From NCBI GenBank assembly GCA_951406725.2, contig OX597816.1, positions 175,398,001 to 175,462,000 of the forward strand: DNA of 64,000 nt. The letters are read 5' to 3'. The translations under genes were made by a program, and so were the position numbers. Shown here piece after piece: positions 52,200-64,000 of this stretch. The notes beneath the pieces were generated by a model. The model was not told the origin of the DNA and did not search any database. It worked only from the letters and a program-made list of their open reading frames with translations. The DNA comes from Octopus vulgaris. Taxonomy: Eukaryota. Position 1 is the stretch's first letter. Each line of letters starts with the position of its first letter.

Positions 52200-53160
52200 C
52201 AAAAATCAGAATCGGTAAAATGTGTTGAGACCGTTCACCAGGGAAGGCAATTTGGTGGATGGATAAAGGTGGTACTTGAGGTGAAGCTGCAGGGAATAAA
52301 AGGAGGACGTTCTAACCAGGGTGGAAAAGCATTGGTTGGAAACAGTAGAGGATGTACTGGGTGGGGTAGCAGCAGTTTGTCAGTTGGAGGGCACAGAACT
52401 AAGGAGGCTGCACAACATGCACCATATAGGGGTTGACAGGATGTTGCTAGGATGGTCAACCCTGATGTCAGCAGGGAGAGCATTTGGACGATAGTGGGGA
52501 ACTGCAACAGGTGCCAATCAATTGATCTTGCTCGAAACTCACATGAACCAGGAGAGATTCAAGTAGAGGAAGAATGGAAGAGATTAGCCATTGATGTGGT
52601 GCACTGTCAGAGAAAGGTGTACTTTACAGGGGTCGACTATGGATCAGAGCAAATAGTTATATGAAGAGAAATCAGGACAGAGACTGCTGCCAAGGCCACA
52701 GAGGTGCTGAATGCAGTGTTTTTGGAAAGGGAACCTGTAGATGAGCTATTGATGGATAACAGTGCAGTTTTTTGCTCAGAGCATCTGAGAGAGATGCTTG
52801 GAAGATGGAACACAAGACGTTTCTTCAGAGCTGGTTACAGGCCAGGTGGAAATGGGATTGTGGAACGGCACCACCATACAATTAAAGCCATGGCTGAGAG
52901 GGGACGAATCTTCCCTATGGAGGCAGTTTTCTGGTATAATATGTCGCCCAGGGTAGGGCAAGCTGAAGAGTTGGTCCCGCACAGGGCCATATTCTGGTAC
53001 AAATGGAGACACCTGAGCATAGTGCTGCAGTAGCAAGAGGTGGAAGGGATTACATCTGTGCAGGTTGGAGATGGAGTGTGAGTGAAGCCCCCGAACACTC
53101 AGTACACAATGCAGTGGGAAAAAGGAATGCTGTGCCACGTCCTGGATATTCAATGGGTAA
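52200..53160 (+). mobile_element. Gypsy-type integrase remnant
   Basis: CNRCQ, RLAIDVVH, LLMDNSAVF, YRPGGNGIVERHHHTIK; internal stops. Confidence 0.8.
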
Positions 53161-53615
53161 TTAGTTCTTCCGATGTGTGTACCCTTGTCTTGATATCAGG
53201 TAATGATTGCAAACACAAGTGTCTCCATCATACAAGTGATGAGGTTCATTTCTGTTCTTCTGTGAAAAATATGTCTGGCTATGAGGAAATATTTCTTTGT
53301 TTTGAAATAGGTGAAGGTTGGTGGCAGGAAGGACATCCAGCCATAGAAAAGCTGCCTCAACAAATTGTTTGACCCATGCAAGTAAGAAAGGGTCAAAGTG
53401 ATAATGATGATGATGATGATGAGTACAAGCAATTTCAAGTTTAAAAAATAGATGCTGCCTTTTCATTCCAGGACATTCAGTTCTTTCAACTGAAGCATAT
53501 TTGTGTTCAAAAGCAACACATTGGTAGTCAAATGGTACCTCATGGTTTTCTAAATTAAATTATATTTGATTCGGAAGAATTAAGAGAATTAAGAAAATGA
53601 TAGAAAAATACTTAC

Positions 53616-53672
53616 ATTTTCTCCACGAATTAACATATGTCTGTTGTCTAACTGGACATCAACATGAGCATC
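53616..53672 (-). CDS. NARS1: NARS1 exon
   Basis: DAHVDVQLDNRHMLIRGEN, AG/GT flanks. Confidence 0.93.
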
Positions 53673-54057
53673 CTGTGAAAATAATATATACTCACAATGT
53701 TAGCATAGCAACAATAATAGCAGCCATTAGACTGTCATCAAATTTTTATAAGTATTTACAATATTGGCACAGAATCATGATTTTAACACAACACACCTTC
53801 CTCTACCTTATTTTTAATTTGATGAATCTTTTAAACTACTAATGCACATAATTAGCTTAATTAGATTAAATTTACTGAAGTACTGTTTGTTTTTATAATT
53901 ATTAAAGGAATCCCCGTTCCATGGAGCACTTTGCAGTCTTTAACAGGCAATTACTGAAATGAAATCTCAAAAGCAATTTACAAGTTGATCTTACTTTATG
54001 ATTTTGAACTTCTAAATCTAATTATTTCATCACATGATAGCTATATAGCTTATATTA

Positions 54058-54745
54058 AAGGAGGTGTACAAAGCTGGGTTTCACAGGAGGTCTGCTATCA
54101 GAAAACCACTACTTTCAAAAACAAACGTTGCCAAGCGTTTAGAGTGGTGTAAAAACCTACAGAATTGGTCCCTAGAGCAGTGGAAGAATGTTATTTTCTC
54201 GGACAAGTCATCCTTTACATTATTTTCGACCACCGGCCAAGTATACGTGTGGAGACAGCCAAAAGAAGCATTTGACCCAGGCTGCCTTCTTCCAACTGTT
54301 AAACATGGAGAAGGATCTGTGATGATCTGGGGGAATATATCTTAGAAATCCGCCGGCCCAATGTTTCCCTTCATGGCAGAATTACTAGTGAAGACTATTT
54401 AAGCATTTTATCTGATCAAATTCATCCTATGGTTGCGGAACTGTTTTCGGAGGGAAAGGCCAATCTTTCAGGATGATAGTGTACCAATTCACACAGCTAA
54501 AGTTGTTACTGAATGGCATGAGGAACATTCTAGTGAAGTTGAACATCTTATCTGGCCACCACAGTCCCCAGATCTCAATTTTACTGAACATTTATGGTGC
54601 ATTTTAGAAAAACAAGTAAGGGGTCGATATCCTCCACCATCATCACTACAAGAACTGGAGACTGTTTTAGCTGAAGAATGGACAAAAATTCCCTTGGAAA
54701 CAATTCAAACTTTGTACGAGTCCATACCTCAGAGAATTCAAGTTG
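54058..54745 (+). mobile_element. Tc1 transposase pseudogene fragment
   Basis: RKPLLS, WKNVIFSD, TVKHGEGSVMIWG, FQDD..PIH, WPPQSPDLNFTEHLW. Confidence 0.9.
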
Positions 54746-55920
54746 AATGGAAAAACCTAATTGAGTTAAAAAAGATATAAACCTCACCATTAAAGAAGCT
54801 GACAAAGGAAGTGCGGTGGTAGTGAGTACTATAAAAATCTAATACTCTCCATTTTGGAAAACAATATTTACTATGAGATTTACTACGAGACACTTCAAAT
54901 ACATAGAAAGGGCCTCACTAAAAAAGAAATTGACTATTTATCCAATTTTAAATATAGACCAAGTCTTTTTTATACAGATTACCTAAAATACACAAAAATT
55001 CACGTATTTGTAAAGCTTGCAAAGATTCTCCAAGTCTATTTATTAATGTTCCTCCCCTACTGATCTCAAACTAAGACCCATCATTGCTGGCCCTGCTTGT
55101 GAAACCCACCATTTGAGCAATTTCCTTGATGTCTTACTCAAACCATTTCTGAAATATGTGGAAAAGCTTCATCAGGGATGACTTAGACATGCTCAACCAC
55201 CTCCCGAAGACAATAAATGAAGGAACCCTGCTAGTATCATTCAATGTGGTGAACGTGTACACCAATATCCCACACGATTATGGTATAGAAGCAATCACCT
55301 TCTGGCTAGAAAAACACCCAGAAGAGATCCCCAGGAAGCATCAACCACAGATTCATAATCGCAGCACTCAAATTCATCCTACTGAACAACTATTTCATGT
55401 ACGATACAGTTCTCTATTGACAAAAATGTGGAATCGCAATGGGAACCCGAGCTGCGCCAGTGATTGCGTACCTTGTAATGGGTAACCTAGAACTTGAAAT
55501 ATACCAATCATCACTACAAAAATATGGCACCTCATTTCAAGGAGAACTGGAAGAGGTATTTGGACAATTGCTTTATACTTTGGAAAGACAGCATGGACAA
55601 ACTCCTTGATTTCAAAATAATGCTCAACAATATCAATAGCAACATACAATTCACCATGGAACACAGCAATAAACAACTTCTTTTCCTTGACATCCTAATT
55701 AAAATAGTCAATAATCAAATCGAAACGAACATCTTCTATAAACCCACAGATTCAAAACAATACCTATTCTTCAGCTCATGCCACACCAAACACATAAAAA
55801 TTATTATACCTTATAATCAGGCGAAAATAATCTGTACCATAGTTTCGGACACCAATACTCTTGAATGAAGACTCCTTGAATTCATATCAAAACTAATCAA
55901 AAGACATTACCCTATAGACT
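54746..55920 (+). mobile_element. Penelope-like element RT remnant
   Basis: KEADKGSAVVV, LRPIIAG, YTNIPH, GIAMGT, RYLDN, FLDILI, YKPTDSKQYL; frameshifted. Confidence 0.85.
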
Positions 55921-56222
55921 CAGTATAACAATGCTTGGTGAGTGAAATTTGGTAGATGGAACCTGCATGGAAGCTGGTTGTATATCAAAATGTATGCATA
56001 CAGCTGATACCAATATACATTACTTTGCTAAATATGTACACACTAGCACAAATAAAAAAGGAAAAAACTAATATAGTAGTGCATTTGAACAAAAATACCT
56101 TGTGGTATTTTTTCCAACCAAATTTCACACATTCCCTTGTACTCTCACCACTAGAAATATGGTGAACCAGTGACTGGCTTGTTGGAAACCTATAACAAAC
56201 GATAATTAAGAAGTAAAGTTAC

Positions 56223-56309
56223 CTCATTAAGTAAATTGTCAACACCACCAGCTACAGAATGACCTACAATCTCCCAGTAATCTGCTGTCAATTCATGATT
56301 GTCTGGTGC
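56223..56309 (-). CDS. NARS1: NARS1 exon
   Basis: APDNHELTADYWEIVGHSVAGGVDNLLNE, AG/GT flanks. Confidence 0.93.
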
Positions 56310-57173
56310 CTGGAAAATAATACAAATGTAAGCATTTAGTTTTATAGAGGACAAGTCCAGTGCACTTAATACATTCAAGAAAGTTTATTTCTTGATTTAT
56401 TTAAATATCAAGGTTTAACATTTTTATTGTACTTTCAACAACTGTAAACTAGACTTAACTATTTTACAACTAATTACATCTGGCATACACTTACATACAC
56501 ATTCTTACTGGCCTTGCTTCTGTCGGCTTCCAAATCTCTTCATAAGCCCACCAGACATCAAGATGTCACCAGATTCCTGTCCAGCTATGTGGTCCAAGAA
56601 TTTCATTCTGATGCATCTGGTGTCACTGAAATGCGAACTTCACTTCTAACAACACCATGTGATCAGCCTCAACCAATAACAGCCCAGTTTCCAATAGCCA
56701 TCTTGAACTTCCTGTATACCTTCATTTGATAATCTGAGTCTGAAAGTGCCAGGTTTCTGTCAGAAGCCTGCAAACCTAAGCCTCATGGAGACAAATCAAC
56801 CAGTTTTAAATAATGTGTGTGAGTGATTCTGTTCATCTATGACCACTGCTTAACAATTGGTGATGGCTTGTTTACATCCCTGTAACTTAATGGTTCAGCA
56901 AAAAAAGATTGATTGTATAAGGTACCAGGCTTAGTTAAAAAACTAAGTTACTGGAGTCAATTTGTTCAGCTAAACTGAAGGTGGTACTCCAGTATGGCCA
57001 TAGTCTAATGACTGAAATAAATAAAAGATAAACAATTATTCTATTTAATGCATATTTGTCATCCAATCATAAAGTAAGGTATAGGAACTAGTTCTGGTGA
57101 AGGAGGAGCAGCCAAGTAAAGGATATTGTCTAAAGTAAGCTTTCAGAGCGAGAAAATAATGCTAAAAACTTAC

Positions 57174-57260
57174 ACTTTTGCCTTCAGGAAGTTCACTGAT
57201 AACTCCATATACACAAACAGCTGATTCACGAGTAAGAAGTAAAGCATCATAGGTCTGGCA
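57174..57260 (-). CDS. NARS1: NARS1 exon
   Basis: [29 protein letters not shown]; AAG acceptor, gtaagt donor. Confidence 0.92.
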
Positions 57261-57289
57261 CTTGATAACGAAAATGAAATTATAGTATT

Positions 57290-57545
57290 AACATTTAATT
57301 TTGTAGTAACTTAACATTTTCATACACTTTACAAAACAAAAGTTACAAGGATCATTAAAAGATGATTTATGATTATTCAAACATAATTTAAGAGGGGTCT
57401 GCATGCAACCTATATAATGAAACCTAGAGAGATCATGTGTTGTAATAGTAGCTTTATATACATTTTTCATTTTACAATTATCTTTAACCGCACAGGTGTT
57501 AGGGTTTCTACAGTTACAATTGTTACTAATATTAGATGTACTATT
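57290..57545 (-). mobile_element. Penelope-like GIY-YIG endonuclease remnant
   Basis: CNCRNPNTCAVKDNC..NVYKATITT...YIG...LNNHKSSFN. Confidence 0.7.
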
Positions 57546-58099
57546 GTTATGTGTATGTGTGTTGATAGAGGAAGAGTTTGTGTGAGTATGGGAATCGTTG
57601 GTAGAAGAAACAGAGTTATTTGAATAATTGGGGTTAGTATAGGTAGTAGAGGAGGTAAAATTCTTGCAGAAAAGATTTAGTTTTTTATTGTTAAAGGAAG
57701 AAGTAATCTTCCATTTTTCTGTAATTGTTTATGGTATATTTATACCTACAATGATATTTCTCAACTATTATTTTCATATTCTTACTACTCGTTGTTTTTT
57801 ATGAATATGATGGACCTTTCTTAGAAATCATTGTCTCTCTTTTTTTGAACCTCTCAAAAAGTTTGAATTGTTCTTTTTTGAACTTATTTTTTTTTTATAT
57901 ATATAATATATATATAGCTTTATATGAGCCTTGAGATTCTAAAAATGATTCACTTTACTTTCTCTCAAAAGTTTATAAAATTCTTAAGATATCAACAAAA
58001 TACAAAGAATGTCATTGCTCAGCAGTGGGAGAGCGAGAATAGATTTTCACGTGAATACTTTCCCCATTTCCAATCTCATGCTTTATAAGTTATATAATA

Positions 58100-58311
58100 T
58101 TTTCTACTCTAGGCACAAGGCCCGAAAATTTTAGGGGAGGGGGCCAGTCGATTAGATTGACCAAGTATGCAACTGGTACTTAATTTATCGACCCCGAAAG
58201 GATGAAAGGCAAAGTCGACCTTGGCGGAATTTGAATTCAGAACGTGAAGACAGTTGAAATACTGCTAAACATTTCACCCAGCGTGCTAATGATTCTGCCA
58301 GCTTGCCACCT
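58100..58311 (-). mobile_element. SINE family B
   Basis: Reverse-complement similarity to 5309 and 45189 copies. Confidence 0.75.
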
Positions 58312-58577
58312 TTTAATGGTTATATATTACAAACAGAATTGTCACAATATTGAGTCTTTTTTTCTTTAAGATCATAACCACAGATGAATGAGATGTAGTA
58401 TCTTCACTCCTTTGCTGAGACCAAGATACTTGAATGTCCAAATTATTTCTAGTTCCTTAATTTTTCTTATTGTTTTCATTTTAGGCTTCTAGATATTTAC
58501 CAAATAGGTCAGCCTAGCACCAATGTGTGTGTGTGTGTGTGTGTGTAAAAACACAGGATGTAATAAAAATCAATTAC

Positions 58578-58648
58578 CATTTTATCTGTCAAGACGCACT
58601 GCAAAAAACCAGTTCCATCTCGAAGAATCAAAAATATCAACGTGCGAC
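58578..58648 (-). CDS. NARS1: NARS1 exon
   Basis: (G)RTLIFLILRDGTGFLQCVLTDKM, AG/GT flanks. Confidence 0.94.
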
Positions 58649-59171
58649 CTGTAATGGAAAACAGTTATTCCTAGTTATTTTTTTGTAATAATTTTACTAA
58701 TGGTAATATAGCTATGATGATGATAATAATGGCAGTAATATTGAATTTCAGAGAGAGTTATTTCTCTCTTTAATCCTTTCGTATTTAAACAGGCCATATC
58801 CACCCCAAATATTCTACATGCTTTGTGTTCAAACTGGCCAAATCTGGCCTCTAACACCATTCCAACAATACTGTTCTAAAAATTAACCGTTACCTTATCA
58901 AAATTTCAAAGCTACAAGATAATGCATGATTAATCCAAAATATTTGAATAAATAAGCTTTACCTTTTGACAGAATAGCCTGAACTTTAAAGAGTTAATCT
59001 GTCTTTGTCCTTGTTAGGTAGAATTAGAAGTATTAAATGCAGGTAAGAACACTGTATTTCAGTATGCCACCATAGTATAATACCAAGTATAGTAAAAAGG
59101 CTTATAAGTCAACACTGTGCCCCACCTGTGTTAGTAGTGCTATTAAATCACTTTTTTTTCCTAGGTTATCT

Positions 59172-59307
59172 CTATAGATTTTCTATAGAAACTAGAGCCA
59201 GTACTGGTTTGTTACGTCATTTTGATTACATTGTTTACATAGATGTATCTGTATATGAAACATTGTACAAATCAGTACTGGTTCTAACTTCTATAGAAAA
59301 TCTGTAG
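59172..59307. repeat. 41-bp inverted repeat with 54-bp spacer (MITE-like)
   Basis: 59172-59212 vs 59267-59307, 5 mismatches. Confidence 0.85.
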
Positions 59308-59379
59308 CAATGATTGAAAAAAAAACAGTTAGAAGTATCACTCAGCCAGATGTAGATCCACAGACACACTAGTTGACAT

Positions 59380-61395
59380 GCATGTTAAAGAAGAAGCAGA
59401 GATGGCGACTATAATGGACTATAACTATGAACTTTGACATGATAACATACAGCAAGCTACAGGCAGGTTCTGGATAGAGTAAGTTTCCATTCAGGAGGGA
59501 GGTGACACAATGGTAGAATGGTATAGTAGATAGAATAAAACTAAAAGAGAGGCCTGAAAAAATTGCACAAGAGAACGGAGGGAGCAAATAACAATATCTG
59601 AGAGCTAGAAGAGAAGCTGGATACCAGCTATAGGTAGGACAGAGAAAAGCCAAAAGCAAGATATTTGCTTATGTCTTGCAATTTGAGAATCAGAGGTGTG
59701 AGGTGTTCTGGATTGCAAAACACTGTGTCATGCAAATCAAGACAGTGTTGAGGAAGAAGTGTGTTTAGAATGGCAGTGGTGCATATGCTCTTACAAACAT
59801 TGACAAGAAAAAGGCACAGAAATGTCACTATGAGTGGTTGCCGAATGAGGAGAATGTATGGGAGTAGGAAGAACTACCACATGTTGATAGAATAGAGAGA
59901 TTAGTTATGAAATTAACAGCTGTATGGTTGAGAATAAAATTAAGGATGTGAAAGCAGGAAAAGCAGCTGGACCATATTAAGGATAATCACTGAGATGCTA
60001 AGAATATCCAGTGAAATAGGATGTGCACTTATCACTCACATAATCATTCAAGTAGCATTTGGAAATACAACCAATTTACTGGCTTCATCAACTACTTCAA
60101 AAACAAAGGAGACCCTCTGGAAAGAAGCATCTACAGATGGACTAAATTGTGAAAAAAACAAAAAACAGAAAGAATTATAGCACAAATGATTAGAATGAAA
60201 ATTAGCTTAGGTGAGATACCTATTTCTTTACTACCCACAAGGGGCTAAACACAGAGAGGACAAACAAGGACAGACAAATGGATTAAGTCGATTATATCGA
60301 CCCCAGTGCGTAATTGGTACTTAATTTATCGACCCTGAGAGGATGAAAGGCAAAGTCGACCTCGGCGGAATTTGAACTCAGAACGTAACAGCAGACGAAA
60401 TACCGCTAAGCATTTCATCCGGCGTGCTAACATTTCTGCCAGCTCCCCGCTTAGGTGAGATACAGTTCAGGTTTGTAGCAGAACAGTTACCACCAACATT
60501 CTCTTCCTAGTGAAATAACTAGAGCTAAGAGTAAACCATTATATCTGACATTCGTCGATTTAGACAAAGTCTTTGAAAGAATCCCATACTCTCAAATCTG
60601 GTGGTCACAGAAAAAACCAGATGATGAATGGCTTATGAAAGCTATGCATAGAGATGCCATCAGTATGGTAATGAGTTCAGTGATAAATTTGACATGCAGG
60701 TTCATGCCCATTAATGTTCATAATTTTTGTGGCATAAGTTGAAGAATTTAGGATTGGTCGTCTATGAGAATTGTATGCTGATGACCTAATAATAGCTGAA
60801 CTTGTAATAGATTTGCAGAAGAAATTCCAAACATGGACGCTAAGTCTAGAATCAAGAGATCTTAAGGTAAAGCTAACAAAATCAAAGATTTTACCATGAA
60901 AGACAGGACTCTATGGCTACATAAGAAGTAGTCATGATTAATATGCAGAAAAGGAGTAGGGAAGAATCTCATGCAGCGTATTGAATGTAAACTAGAGATG
61001 AGGTGGAGTGAGATCAAAGACAGATGTAACAGATGCTGAGGAGCAAGCAATAAGAGAACCCATGAAATAGATCCTTCCAAATGCTTGAAAAGCTTCATGG
61101 AAATAGTGGGTAGTTAGGGTTAGCATTGAGAGTAAGATGAAATAGGAAAATGTTCAAGTACCTATTTGCCCTTGCTTGCAACAAAGGGATTCTCATTCCG
61201 AGCAGAGGGTATACTGAATGATACTCGAGGCTGAAGTGCAATACTGCATGGTAGCAAATCATGGCAATGAACGCAGAGGATGTATGAAGGCCAAAAAACA
61301 TGGTAAGTGGTAAAAGTGTTGGGCTGGAGAAGACTTGTCCAACCCATGCAAGCATAGAAAAATAGATGTAAAAGAAAGATGATGATGGTGATGAT
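59380..61395 (+). mobile_element. Highly decayed RTE LINE interrupted by a SINE
   Basis: FVDLDKVF and LYADDL remnants; RTE-type tail ending gatgatgg. Confidence 0.7.
60220..60448 (-). mobile_element. SINE family B
   Basis: TSD (gc)ttaggtgagatac at 60205-60219 and 60449-60463. Confidence 0.85.
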
Positions 61396-61435
61396 ATATT
61401 GTATCTATGCAAAGAGAGTGAGAGAAAGTATTTAC

Positions 61436-61514
61436 CTTGGCGCCGTATTCTGTGAACCCATCCATAAATCTTCACACGTTCTTTATGGTGTGCCTTGCTA
61501 GCAGAAATTTTTAT
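61436..61514 (-). CDS. NARS1: NARS1 exon
   Basis: IKISASKAHHKERVKIYGWVHRIRRQ(G), AG/GT flanks. Confidence 0.94.
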
Positions 61515-62806
61515 CTACAATTATTGAAAAATAGCCAATGAAGGAATTATTTAAAATGAGTCATTTTTTTCTCCCAATAAAATCAAGTCTTCCTACTATT
61601 TGGTGCTGTATTAGTGGTAAAGAAGTTGAGTGGAATTATTGTTTAGTCCCAGGACAGCTCTATGGTCAAAAAGAATGTTAGTGCAATGCCTCACCTTTTG
61701 TTACATCGAGATTACATTGCGTGTTTCCATTTTTAGCAGCTGATAGAATGTGATATCAGGGAGGTTTGGGCCCTATCTTTAGTAAGCTGAACAATCACAT
61801 AGAAGTCCCTTCACTGAAGTGAAGTGACACAATGTGGAGGTAGCGGGGGATGGTGGTAGTTGATGGAGGATTAGAGTTAAGATGTATAAGAAAGGTAGGT
61901 GGAGCTAGTTAATGTATTCAGTTCCAGCCAGGCAGACCAATGGCATGAGGTAGTTGGTTGTTTAGCCTCAAATCAGCCCGGATCAAGCACATCATATAAC
62001 TCAAAGCATCCCAGATGTGACCATCCAGTCTTTTGCCTATGTGCAAGGAAGCAAAGACCACATTATCTAATGAATCCTTTTCTAAGCCACTGGGATGTGA
62101 GTTGAGAAAGATATGGTTACTATTTTTAGCAGGTTAAGTGACCACATAGTGGCTACTGTCATTGCCTCACAGGCAGTTGATCCATTGCTCCTAATATATC
62201 TAGGTCCTGCCTACTTGAGGACCACACTGCATATCATATGAAAGCTGGGCTTTTCCTCCAGAGCCCAGTTTGTTCCTATACTTCATCCATACACATCTAC
62301 CTCCTGGTTGTGCTTAAACGAGAAGTAAACAAATTAGATTCTATCAGAGTGAAACAATTATAGTTCCCCTGCACTTACCATTGATGCTGTGCTTTCTTTG
62401 GAGCTGACGAGGCTATTGATACAGCGGCTATTTTTGTGTGTAAGCATTTTATATTTGCCTGGCCTATTAGGCAGGAATAGAGTTGTTAGGATTGTTATGT
62501 AGTGGTGATATGGGGTATTGTAGATATGTATGGATGAAATAAAAGGGATGGTATTTTTTTTATTAGTATTGTAGTATTATTCTGGAGAGATGCAGATATG
62601 TGTGAACTGAGTGGGAGAACTGATGTAAGACAAAGCAGCCAGTGAAAAGAAGAGTCTAATAAGGGAGTTAGTTGCAAGGGAAGGATACATTTCCAATACA
62701 TCATTGAGAACTTACACAATGATATTGTGATAAATCTAACAGTTGAGGACTTATATTTAAGAAATTAGGGGTCAGAGAAGAGATAAATAAGCTCATTAAA
62801 CAAAAC

Positions 62807-62896
62807 CTTTTTTCCTTCAGGAAGACTGGGATCCTGGGTGATAATGATTGATTTAGCTTCTTCAAGGTTCTTCTCTCGTCTTTCTTGATCTTCAGC
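62807..62896 (-). CDS. NARS1: NARS1 exon
   Basis: AEDQERREKNLEEAKSIIITQDPSLPEGKK, AG/GT flanks. Confidence 0.93.
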
Positions 62897-63383
62897 CTGA
62901 AATTACAGAGATGAAAATTGTATAAAATTATATATCTCTATTTATGTATGTGTGTTTGTATGTTATAACTTCTTTTGTTATCACTGTTGGACAAAATTTT
63001 CTTTTGTTAAAAATTGTAGATTTGCATTTGATGTATTGGAGCAAATAGATTTATAGCTGACCATTGGACTACAAAATAAGAGGAGACCGAAGCAAGCACA
63101 GATCGAGTAATGATGCCTCCAATGGTGCCACAGTACAATGAGCACAAGATTAAATTGCTGGATGAAAAAACAACCATGAATTCAAACCTAACAAATCATT
63201 GTGCTGTGCCCCTAAATACAATCCATCCCTACTTCTTAATTGAGTGGAAGGACATCAATAAGTAAAACTAGTCGTTCCAATGCTATTATTACTTTCATAA
63301 TCATGAGTGCTTTAGGGCCCATTTTAACAAGCTGGCATGAGTTAATCAGGTCTGATATAAAGCATTTCACTAATTATCTAGAT

Positions 63384-63672
63384 CAGTGATTCTCAACCAT
63401 ATTTTTTTTTTTTACCTATGAACCCCTTCGGTTATTATTTTACTCTGGTAGACCCCACCCCCATAGTCATTTGATGCTTACAAACTAATTTCATAGATAC
63501 TTCTTTCAAAATTCCCATTTTGTTTTTCACACATTCACTTGTGGAGGCTGGATTATGTAAAATGTTAGAGAAAGAAACCTAGCTGTTTCTTGCAAAATTT
63601 TTTCTTTGCCTATGTGGATCCCCAAAAGTGTGAACCCCCAGGGGTCACATGAACCCTGGTTGAGAACCACTG
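63384..63672. mobile_element. hAT-type MITE
   Basis: TIRs cagtgattctcaacc / ggttgagaaccactg; imperfect 8-bp TSD. Confidence 0.75.
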
Positions 63673-63843
63673 AGCTAGGTCTTTCAACAACAATGTAAAC
63701 ATACTCATTCACAGGGTCTATCACATTTGTAATAACATGGAAAATAGGTATAAACAATAACATAAAGATGAGGGAAGGAGTAGTAAGGAGAAAGAAAAGA
63801 AAAAAGAAAATTTGTTAAAGCTTTTTCAGGAAAAAAAAATTAC

Positions 63844-63936
63844 TTCTTTTCTTTCAGCTTCTTTCGACTTCATCTGTTCTCTTTCATACTGTTTCATTTG
63901 CTTTTTTACTTGGCTCTTAGCAGCGTCCTCCCACTT
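63844..63936 (-). CDS. NARS1: NARS1 exon (N-terminal extension)
   Basis: tgcag| KWEDAAKSQVKKQMKQYEREQMKSKEAERKE |gtaatt. Confidence 0.88.
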
Positions 63937-64000
63937 CTGCAAAGAGTTTCACAATGAAAAAAAAATTGAACATATTTATGTATTTTAAAATAAGTTTAAA

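Larger units (their letters stand above)
41289..63936 (-). other. NARS1: Cytoplasmic asparagine--tRNA ligase gene span, 5'-incomplete, 15 coding exons
   Basis: 15 exons join to 1488 nt (495 aa + TAA); OB-fold (GWVHRIRRQG, LRDGTG), motif 2 ([15 protein letters not shown]) and motif 3 (GYGLGLERF) of class IIb AsnRS. Confidence 0.97.

Noticed and set aside
54433-54780. Apparent Tc1-Penelope fusion ORF
   Set aside because: Chance read-through across the junction of two frameshifted relics; stops shortly after the junction
62404-62430. CUGACGA followed by a short hairpin
   Set aside because: No GAAA, stem III or cleavage triplet follows

Overview
AT-rich, intron- and transposon-rich animal genomic DNA; the SINE/RTE repertoire suggests an octopod cephalopod (inference). 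Two convergent spliced genes were reconstructed by hand with GT-AG junctions and consistent phases, both lacking 5' exons that lie outside the window. KDM1B/LSD2 (+, 16 exons, 912-33869) has zf-CW, SWIRM and amine-oxidase domains. Cytoplasmic asparaginyl-tRNA synthetase NARS1 (-, 15 exons, 63936-41289) is the second gene. Introns and the ~7.4 kb spacer hold RTE LINEs, Penelope-like, Gypsy, Tc1/mariner and CRE-like remnants, hAT/piggyBac MITEs, several tRNA-derived SINE families and minisatellites. Highlights: the intact KDM1B frame has Met in place of the conserved catalytic Lys (GAGVIEM vs GAGIIEK) plus other flavin-site changes; two type I hammerhead-ribozyme-like motifs lie ~420 nt apart, antisense in a KDM1B intron; and the RTE LINEs carry a PHD-type finger inside the RT and a hairpin array in the 3' UTR. 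Most ORF-track entries are spurious or TE-derived. Homology calls come from recognised motifs, not database searches; TE boundaries are approximate.
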